Positions 37,239 through 44,764 of a stretch of DNA of 64,000 nucleotides are shown piece after piece. Positions within the stretch are counted from its first letter, which is position 1; each line of letters begins with the position of its first letter. The stretch spans positions 32,001-96,000 of the IMG/VR virus record IMGVR_UViG_3300043411_001170. One strand, given 5' to 3'. The translations under genes and the position numbers were made by a program. This DNA is from a virus. Under the pieces are notes generated by a model. It searched no databases. It was not told the DNA's origin and was given only the letters and a program-made list of their open reading frames with translations.

Positions 37239-38362
37239 AGTTATCAAAAGATAAGAAAGGTGAGTTGGAGGATTTTTTAGTCAAAGTCGTCTATAAACTA
37301 TCGTCAGGGAAGGATGTGAGATGTAAAGATGTAATGGATGGGATTAAGGATAACCTTAGAAACGATCCCGACCATTTATTCTTACATATTAAAGAACACG
37401 TTGTAAGAACGACCATATTATCCTCTTCTTACTTTGATGCAACGAGAAGAGGGTTTTGGGGTCTTTCAAATACGGGAAAAACTCTTGCAGAAAGTTTAAT
37501 CTATGAAGAAGAATGTGTAGATATTACAGATAGTATTAAAAATTACGGTGTTAGTTCGGATATGGATCTTATTGAAAACACTATATTAAAAAGTATATAC
37601 GTTTTATCCAAACAAATAGAAGGACAGAAAGTAAGAAGTTCCAAAGTCATAAAAGAGGTACAACGTTATAGAGAGGTACTAGACTTAACAAATAAAGATT
37701 TCTGCTTAAATGATGCTTTTATAAAATATGTGGGGATAACGTCAAAGAAGGTGTGGAAACCTTCTTTTGGCTTTTGGGGCTTATCAGAAAGTACCTATAA
37801 AACAGCAGAAAAGAATTTTCCAGATGTTATAAAAGAAAAATATTGGGTTACAGTAGAATTATCTTCTCTTGGGGAGCAAAAATTAGAGGAAGGTGATTTA
37901 GAGAGAATTCTAAGAATTCAATTAAACTCACCAAAAGCAAACTTTTTTATACCATCTGCTAAGTATATGAAAAAGGATGCGTTGAAGTCCGAAATATTTC
38001 ACCTTATTCAAGGTTATATATTTGTATCGTCAGGATTGCCTTTAAGATCCTATTTAGATTTGGAAGATAGTCCTTATGTCAATAGTGTTTTTTACGAAAC
38101 GACTATGGACGGACAAATACACTTAAAGTTACTTCCTAATTCTAAAATAGAGGATATGAAAACTGACCTGGATAAAATGGTACAAGGAAGTATAAAAGAT
38201 GGAGAAACTGTACATATAAATGCAGGATTATATCAACATATAGAAGGAAAAGTACTTTCTATTTTTGAATCCGATGCTTATGTAGAAATAGTATTCAAAT
38301 CGATGATAATTGTAGTTAAGTTACCAAAAATATTTTTAGATCCTATTATGCCTGTTTATTAA
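37205..38362 (+). CDS. NusG-family protein (NGN+KOW) fused to two N-terminal Mrr_N-like winged helices
   Basis: RRGFWGLSNTG and SFGFWGLSE wings; YWVTVE, FFIPS, LIQGYIFV, GETVHINAGLYQHIEGKV. Confidence 0.75.
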   Translation: MSTKKATAKRVKLSKDKKGELEDFLVKVVYKLSSGKDVRCKDVMDGIKDNLRNDPDHLFLHIKEHVVRTTILSSSYFDATRRGFWGLSNTGKTLAESLIYEEECVDITDSIKNYGVSSDMDLIENTILKSIYVLSKQIEGQKVRSSKVIKEVQRYREVLDLTNKDFCLNDAFIKYVGITSKKVWKPSFGFWGLSESTYKTAEKNFPDVIKEKYWVTVELSSLGEQKLEEGDLERILRIQLNSPKANFFIPSAKYMKKDALKSEIFHLIQGYIFVSSGLPLRSYLDLEDSPYVNSVFYETTMDGQIHLKLLPNSKIEDMKTDLDKMVQGSIKDGETVHINAGLYQHIEGKVLSIFESDAYVEIVFKSMIIVVKLPKIFLDPIMPVY

Positions 38363-38374
38363 ATTTGAGGTTAT

Positions 38375-39037
38375 ATGACAAATATATCTAAATTACCATT
38401 AGCACAAATAAGTTCTTTAGAAGAGGTTCAGAATAAGTTTGATTCTGAACCTGGATTACCTGGAATGGCATTTGAAGATTTTGACTTGGAAAAAGAATTT
38501 AGTCTATTGGAACTTGAAATAGAAGGGGAGGAAAGAGAATATCTATTAGATAAAGAAAAAAAATTGGAGAAGTTAAAAGAAATTGTAAATAGACTCCCAA
38601 ATATAGAACACGATTTCATCGACCTTTACTACTTTAAAAGAGTACGACAAGTTAATATTGCAGAAATATTTAAAGTGTCTCAGCCTATGGTGTGTTACAG
38701 ATTAAAGAAAGCTATAGATAGAATAAAATTTCTTCTATCCATGCCTGAACTATCGGAATCTCAAGTAAGAAAAGATTTGCGCGATCATTTCAAGTCTGAA
38801 AAGGATTTAGATATTATAATTCTAATGTATAAGACAACATGTGAATCAAGAACAGCACAAATACTAGGGACCAGCCAGAGTTTTGTACGTCATAGATTTA
38901 TTAGAGCTATTCAGGTATTAGAAGAAGTTAATTCTTATTATCATAATCTCATGAGTAAGATTATGGATAATCTAAATATATTAAAGGATCAAGACGAAGA
39001 AATTATATATATGGTAGATAATAATCAATATTCATAA
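38375..39037 (+). CDS. Protein with tandem sigma-70 region-4-like HTH domains
   Basis: RLPNIEHDFIDLYYFKRVRQVNIAEIFKVSQPMVCYRLKKA and DLDIIILMYKTTCESRTAQILGTSQSFVRHRFIRA. Confidence 0.75.
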   Translation: MTNISKLPLAQISSLEEVQNKFDSEPGLPGMAFEDFDLEKEFSLLELEIEGEEREYLLDKEKKLEKLKEIVNRLPNIEHDFIDLYYFKRVRQVNIAEIFKVSQPMVCYRLKKAIDRIKFLLSMPELSESQVRKDLRDHFKSEKDLDIIILMYKTTCESRTAQILGTSQSFVRHRFIRAIQVLEEVNSYYHNLMSKIMDNLNILKDQDEEIIYMVDNNQYS

Positions 39038-39053
39038 ATTATGAGTAACTATA

Positions 39054-40508
39054 ATGCTTGATGATATATTAACTTTAGAAGACTTAAAAAATCCACAGGT
39101 GCTACGTTTACTTTTTATGGAAGAGGGAAGGGATTTAGTAGATATCTTTAAGTTATCTTCTTATTTAGAAAACAACATACTAAAGAAAGAAGATAAAAAA
39201 GAACATGGTATTTATTTTACACCGAAGGTTTTAGTAGATCTCATGTTAACGACCATTGATCTTCCTTTAATGGAAGAAGTCTTTAGGGTCATTGACACAT
39301 CCTGTGGAATAGGAAATATCCTTATACCTTTTGCAAGACTCTATGCCAATCATAAGATGATCTATAGTAAGAAGAAAAAGAGAAAAGAGGATTTTCGATT
39401 TTTCTTGAGAAAGGTATATAGTGAATGTATCTTCGGGATTGACTTGAACAATGACTTTATTGACATTATGAAAACAGTAATGTCGGTAGACTGTGGGATT
39501 TCTACAGATAACCTAAATAATTTCATTGTAAACGACTTCTTTAAAGAGAAGAACCCTTTTGGCGGAATTAAATTTAACGTGTTACTAGCAAATCCGCCTT
39601 ATGTAACAGGAATTAAATCTACGGTTGATAGTGAATTAAAAGGCGTTTCCAATTTATCTTTTAACTATCTAATTAAATCAATAGACTTGTTAAAGTCTAA
39701 TTATCAGACAGCATTAGTAATGCCGTCTATATTTCTTAATTCGTTGTCTTTCCTAGAAAAAAGAAAATACTGGATAAAAAATAGAAACTTAAATAAATTA
39801 TGGCTATGCAGTCCAGAATCAAGATTTTTCGGTACGGCTTCTATTAATGTTTGTGTTATCTCACTTAACAGTAGAGTTAATTTAATACCTCAATTTATGA
39901 CTTTTCCTGATAATGGGACATTGGGAGTATTAGAGGGAGATTGTTCAGACTGGTCTACTGCATATTTTAAGAAAATAGATGTTATTAATAAATTGAAAAA
40001 TGAGTATCAAGTAACGGCAGGGATGGTTGTTTCAGAAGCATATCAATGTTTGCCCTATATCACCGATAGTGAGAGTGGTGAGGGGAAGAAAGTTATAACA
40101 TCAGGAATGGTGAAACCTTTTTATTGCTCTTGGGGACAGAAACAAAAGAATATCTTGAAGAAGTCATTTAAGTATCCAAGACTGGAAACAAACATATTAT
40201 TTTCAAAGAGTCTGAATGAAAAAATATTAAGTAAAAGACCTAAACTTGTTATTCCAGGATTAATAATGAAAATTAAAACATTTTTAGACCCTAATGGAGA
40301 ATATTTGCCTGCTGCGGGTACATATGTGATTTATCATAAAACAGATGACATTGATATTTTGAAAAAATTATGTGAATATTTAAATAATGATAAGCGAGTA
40401 CATGATTACTTGATTTCTATACTAGAGACAAAAAGAATAGGACAAGGAGGATACCCTATTACTAAATCCTTTCTGGAAGGAATACCTTTAGAGGGTTATG
40501 ATGACTGA
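39054..40508 (+). CDS. N6-adenine DNA methyltransferase (TaqI/Eco57I-like, orphan)
   Basis: GIYFTP, IDTSCGIGN, FGIDLN, LANPPY; C-terminal TRD-like region. Confidence 0.85.
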   Translation: MLDDILTLEDLKNPQVLRLLFMEEGRDLVDIFKLSSYLENNILKKEDKKEHGIYFTPKVLVDLMLTTIDLPLMEEVFRVIDTSCGIGNILIPFARLYANHKMIYSKKKKRKEDFRFFLRKVYSECIFGIDLNNDFIDIMKTVMSVDCGISTDNLNNFIVNDFFKEKNPFGGIKFNVLLANPPYVTGIKSTVDSELKGVSNLSFNYLIKSIDLLKSNYQTALVMPSIFLNSLSFLEKRKYWIKNRNLNKLWLCSPESRFFGTASINVCVISLNSRVNLIPQFMTFPDNGTLGVLEGDCSDWSTAYFKKIDVINKLKNEYQVTAGMVVSEAYQCLPYITDSESGEGKKVITSGMVKPFYCSWGQKQKNILKKSFKYPRLETNILFSKSLNEKILSKRPKLVIPGLIMKIKTFLDPNGEYLPAAGTYVIYHKTDDIDILKKLCEYLNNDKRVHDYLISILETKRIGQGGYPITKSFLEGIPLEGYDD

Positions 40509-40800
40509 AAACAAACCCTTAAAAGATTTAAGTACTATAAAAGAAATTGCGAAGAAGTGGATAGAGGACAATTCTGTCAATATTTATATTATTAAAATAT
40601 ATAATGATACTAGTAAAAGATCTGTAAACTTGTATACTTATTTATGGAAATTACAGATACAATTTAATAAGAAATATGGCCCCATAAATAGTTTTAGTTA
40701 CGAGTTAGAATTTGATTATGCTTTTATAAAAAGCACCAGTAGGGAAACCATATCTCATCTGAGTAACCTAATGAGTAAGAAAGGGTTTGAAATATCTTAA
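40498..40800 (+). CDS. Hypothetical protein
   Basis: 100-aa ORF overlapping the MTase end. Confidence 0.6.
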   Translation: MMTENKPLKDLSTIKEIAKKWIEDNSVNIYIIKIYNDTSKRSVNLYTYLWKLQIQFNKKYGPINSFSYELEFDYAFIKSTSRETISHLSNLMSKKGFEIS

Positions 40801-40827
40801 TACTTTTAACTATGAGACTATTTTGAA

Positions 40828-41259
40828 ATGGCTCTGACAAGAACACAATCTGACTACTATTTTACATCGGGAGGAGGAACACAGGTTTACTCCTTTGTGG
40901 TGTCTGTATCTACAACAGGTAGTGTTTTTGTTCGTGACATCCGAACACCTGTTGGTTACTTAGTTAACAGTATGTCTTCTTTACCTTCTTCTGTAGTAGA
41001 TGATATCAATACTGCTATAAACCAAGTGGGGAATTTAATTGTGAATACAAGTGCCATAAATGGAACTGCTAGTTTTGTTAATCAGACACAGGTTATTGTA
41101 TCTTTTCCAACCCCTGTAGCCAACGCAAATTATCGTGTGTTATTTTCCGTTGGTGATTTTGTGTTAGTTCGTTTTGTTCCCCCACTCACTGTAAATGGAT
41201 TTACTATAGAAACTAGCACTGCATTTACTGGAAGTGTTGGTTATGACGTATTATTTTAA
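40828..41259 (+). CDS. Probable virion protein with C-terminal beta-sandwich (H-type-lectin/tail-fibre-like)
   Basis: T/S/V-rich; VSFPTPVANANYRV...TVNGFTIE. Confidence 0.5.
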   Translation: MALTRTQSDYYFTSGGGTQVYSFVVSVSTTGSVFVRDIRTPVGYLVNSMSSLPSSVVDDINTAINQVGNLIVNTSAINGTASFVNQTQVIVSFPTPVANANYRVLFSVGDFVLVRFVPPLTVNGFTIETSTAFTGSVGYDVLF

Positions 41260-41278
41260 TAATTAAAGAGATTTTAAA

Positions 41279-42454
41279 ATGCCACCACCTCTAAAGGTAG
41301 ATCAAATATCTATAAGTCCTGCTGTTGGTGAAACTTTACTAATAGGGAAAGCCACGGGGGGTAATCTATTATTCTCAGATCAATCTATTCTTTCAGGGAT
41401 TACTTTAAAATCTTTGTCTGGATTAAATTTAACTAATCTAATTACAGTAGGTGTGGGTTCAGGATCTAATTATACAACAATCCAAGCAGCTATAAATGCT
41501 GCACCTACAACGTCTACGGCCACAAATCCAACTCTTATCTGTATTTATTCTGGAACATACAACGAAATTTTAACCGTAGATAAAAATGGACTTGTTTTTG
41601 TCGGGATTGGGAGAGTAGTTATTAACGCTCCTTCTGATTCAGATACTATTTTGATTGAAGAGGGAGTATCTACGGTTCCTTTATTCTGTCATTTTGAAAA
41701 TATTATTTTTGCAAATTCATATGATGCAAGATCTTGTTTTAAGATTTTAGGGGTAGATGGTACAACATTAGGACAAGATATAATTACACTGTCTAATTGT
41801 TATTTTTTGGCAACAGGATTAGGAACTTATTGTCTTAATGCTTCTATCTTAAATTCTTTGAGACTTTTAAATTGTGACTGTTCTGGTAGTATTGTATCTA
41901 CCTCCATATTTATAAGTCAATGTGCTATGTTGGAGGTAATTGGATTATTAAGTGGAACTGATATAGCTCTTAGCTATAATAATACCTCTGATATTCCATC
42001 AATAATTACGTCAACGTATTCTCTATTGGATAGTAGATTCAATAATTTAACTTGTGTTCTTATAGGAGAAGGATTACTATATATGGAAAAACTAGTTACT
42101 AATAATGTGATCTTTGATGGAAATAGAGCATATACACTAATTGACTGTTATGGTGTATTATTACAGCCTAATGGGACAGTGACTGTAAACAGTAAAGGGA
42201 GTTCCTATACACTTAATAATGGAACACCTACAGCTACAGTTGATATTGATAATATTCAAGGATCGGTTTCATTTACCGCAGAGACAACAAAAATTGTAAG
42301 TTTTGAAGTTCCTACATCGAATACTGATTATATGGTTTTAACTTCACATCCTTTTGTCGGAGAAAAAGAAGGTGTCGTTAAAACAGTAAATGGTTTTACG
42401 GTTGAATTTTCTTCAAATCAAACTGGAACTGTTGACTATTTAGTTCGTAGATAA
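41279..42454 (+). CDS. Tail fibre/spike-like protein with pectin-lyase-like beta-helix
   Basis: ITVGVGSGSNYTTIQAAINA, IYSGTYNE; C-terminal module like that of 40828. Confidence 0.6.
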   Translation: MPPPLKVDQISISPAVGETLLIGKATGGNLLFSDQSILSGITLKSLSGLNLTNLITVGVGSGSNYTTIQAAINAAPTTSTATNPTLICIYSGTYNEILTVDKNGLVFVGIGRVVINAPSDSDTILIEEGVSTVPLFCHFENIIFANSYDARSCFKILGVDGTTLGQDIITLSNCYFLATGLGTYCLNASILNSLRLLNCDCSGSIVSTSIFISQCAMLEVIGLLSGTDIALSYNNTSDIPSIITSTYSLLDSRFNNLTCVLIGEGLLYMEKLVTNNVIFDGNRAYTLIDCYGVLLQPNGTVTVNSKGSSYTLNNGTPTATVDIDNIQGSVSFTAETTKIVSFEVPTSNTDYMVLTSHPFVGEKEGVVKTVNGFTVEFSSNQTGTVDYLVRR

Positions 42455-42477
42455 ATATAAAAATAATTAAATATATG

Positions 42478-42505
42478 ATCCCCTGATATTATCAGGGGAT
42501 TTTTT
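42478..42505 (+). terminator. Intrinsic terminator
   Basis: ATCCCCTGATA-t-TATCAGGGGAT plus T tract. Confidence 0.8.
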
Positions 42506-42521
42506 CTATGAGGTGATAAAA

Positions 42522-43178
42522 ATGGCTTTTGATATGAGTAAAATGAGTTTAGATGACGGTGCGATGGATGTATATTTTGATCCCAAAAATTATAAAGTAA
42601 ATGAGAACACAGCAGTATCGGATTTTTTCTATTCAGATCAATTTAAAAATGGCGATAAAGTAAGATATCTAGGAGGCATGGAAGGGAAGATATTATTAGG
42701 TCGTGATGAGCCTCAAGAAGGAGAAGTAGGGGTTATAATGAAAGTAAGAACTTCCTTGGGAAATGTTACACATTTCGCTGGTAAATTATTCGTATTTTGG
42801 GATTCGATGGATAAAATTGTACCTGTTCCACATGAGTTATTGGAAAATGCAGGTGAAGATATTGACGATGCCGATATGCAGTATGATGGCCCAATCTCTA
42901 TTGGACCTATATCGAAACAAGCGTTTTACTATTCTTCATCTGTAGAAGATCTGAGGAAACATTTTGTTGTTAAAGGCCCAACATCAAATCCTGATGAAGC
43001 TGAACTCATACATAAGTCGTCTCAAGAATTGTGGAGCCTAGAAAAATCTGGTTCTGGTTTTAAAATCCAAAGATTATTTAATCCGAATGGTGCCCCTATC
43101 AAAGAATATCAAACAAAAAAGACGGATAAGAAGCAGGCTCCTGGTAAGTCTGCAATCCGCAGAACTAAAAAGAAGTAA
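42522..43178 (+). CDS. Hypothetical protein (probable virion/head-associated)
   Basis: GAGGTG RBS; SH3/KOW-like FKNGDKVRY segment; LIHKSSQELWSL. Confidence 0.65.
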   Translation: MAFDMSKMSLDDGAMDVYFDPKNYKVNENTAVSDFFYSDQFKNGDKVRYLGGMEGKILLGRDEPQEGEVGVIMKVRTSLGNVTHFAGKLFVFWDSMDKIVPVPHELLENAGEDIDDADMQYDGPISIGPISKQAFYYSSSVEDLRKHFVVKGPTSNPDEAELIHKSSQELWSLEKSGSGFKIQRLFNPNGAPIKEYQTKKTDKKQAPGKSAIRRTKKK

Positions 43179-43255
43179 ATTATTAAATAATTTTTAACAA
43201 GTAGGTAAATCATTTTTTATGTATTTTCTTTTTAAGCGGGTTAGAGGATCTAAAA

Positions 43256-44749
43256 ATGTCTATAAAGTCAGATCCATTTTTAAATGATCTTATTCTTGCA
43301 TTTGCAAGAAGTGGGATGGCTGATCAAGATACACCTATTCAGAAGACGGCAGGTGAAGTTAGGTTTATTAAGGAAAATGCGAATGAGATGGGGTTATGGG
43401 CATATGGTAACTCTGCCCCGGCCAACCGTGAATTAACTCCTAAATTCGATTTTCAAGCTAAAAATCTAAAGCCCCTTGTCGAATGTCTTAAGTACTCTAC
43501 AGCAGCATTAAGTTATGCTATGGTTGCTTACGATATTTTTACTAAAATCCCAAGTTCATCTGTATCCCCCGATGGCCGCTTAGGTGGTAAGGGATATATT
43601 ATGAAAATACAGGATATTAGAAAAAACTTCATGAATATTGTAGAAGCATTGTCTTCTATGAGTGACACTATCTATGATGAGCTTCAAGCTCCCCATTGGG
43701 CAGCACAAACAAGAGAAATGGAGCCTGAATTAAAAGAAGAATTAAATGATGCTCTTGAGGAAACAGAGAAGATTCGGACAGATCCTGAAAATTGGGCATT
43801 GTCTCAGTTTGATTCTCTCGACGCTTCTCCTGCTATCTCTAAATCTGTAGATGGGTCGGATGACAAAATTGACAAGGCTCCATTAGTTATGGATGTACCT
43901 AAACCAGAAATTGTAGATCCAAGAGTAAAGAAAAGACCAGTATCCTCGTTAGATTCCGATACAGAAAATGATTTGAATGAATTGGACGCCCTAACCTCTC
44001 CCAGCCAGAAGAGTACGAATACTGAAGAATCTGAGTGGGTTGGTGATATGGCGGAAGACATAACCGCACCTATTAAGAGAAATGATGAAATTAAAGCGAT
44101 TAAAAAACAAACTCCTAAATTACCTCCTAAGCCAGTAACTCCTCCAGAGACTAAGAAAGAGCCAGAGAAGAAAGAGGTAGTGAAGCCAGAACCTGTAAAG
44201 AAAGAACCTATAAAAAAAGACGTTCCAAAACCTAAACCTGAGAAAAAAGAAGATAAATTAATTGCAAAGAAGCCCCCAGAACTACCAGAAGAACCTAAAG
44301 CTCAAGACACAGTAGAAGACGATGACTGGTTAGAAGACGCTAAAAAACCAGTAAAACCTCCTGTCAAAAAGGGTCCACCAAAGCCATCTGCAAGTACCTT
44401 TGATGATTTTCTTGAATTAGACACGCCAAAGAAAAAGACGGCTCCTGTTGTACAAGATAATTCAGAAGATGACGACTGGTTGGATGATACAACGGATATT
44501 AATCCGAAAAAGAACGTGACTATGGATAACCAAGATGAGCAGGATATATTTTCAGAAGAACCAGAGGAACAGCTAAATGAAGATGACTGGATTAATTCTG
44601 TTCCAGAAGAAGATAAGGAAGTGGAAGATGAAGAAACTGATTGGTTAACTTCTGTCGTTCCAGAACCTCCAAAACCTTCTCCCTCACCAACACAAAAGAC
44701 TGCTGGGAGAAATGATGATTGGAAAAAATACACAACATTAAAATTATAA
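43256..44749 (+). CDS. Hypothetical protein: helical N-domain plus Pro/Lys- and acidic-Trp-repeat disordered tail
   Basis: QKTAG near both ends; repeated (E/D)DDW(L/I) motifs. Confidence 0.75.
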   Translation: MSIKSDPFLNDLILAFARSGMADQDTPIQKTAGEVRFIKENANEMGLWAYGNSAPANRELTPKFDFQAKNLKPLVECLKYSTAALSYAMVAYDIFTKIPSSSVSPDGRLGGKGYIMKIQDIRKNFMNIVEALSSMSDTIYDELQAPHWAAQTREMEPELKEELNDALEETEKIRTDPENWALSQFDSLDASPAISKSVDGSDDKIDKAPLVMDVPKPEIVDPRVKKRPVSSLDSDTENDLNELDALTSPSQKSTNTEESEWVGDMAEDITAPIKRNDEIKAIKKQTPKLPPKPVTPPETKKEPEKKEVVKPEPVKKEPIKKDVPKPKPEKKEDKLIAKKPPELPEEPKAQDTVEDDDWLEDAKKPVKPPVKKGPPKPSASTFDDFLELDTPKKKTAPVVQDNSEDDDWLDDTTDINPKKNVTMDNQDEQDIFSEEPEEQLNEDDWINSVPEEDKEVEDEETDWLTSVVPEPPKPSPSPTQKTAGRNDDWKKYTTLKL

Positions 44750-44764
44750 TTATAGAGGAACGAC

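Noticed and set aside
39054-40508. Methyltransferase as part of a restriction-modification system
   Set aside because: No adjacent endonuclease recognisable; orphan MTases are common in phages
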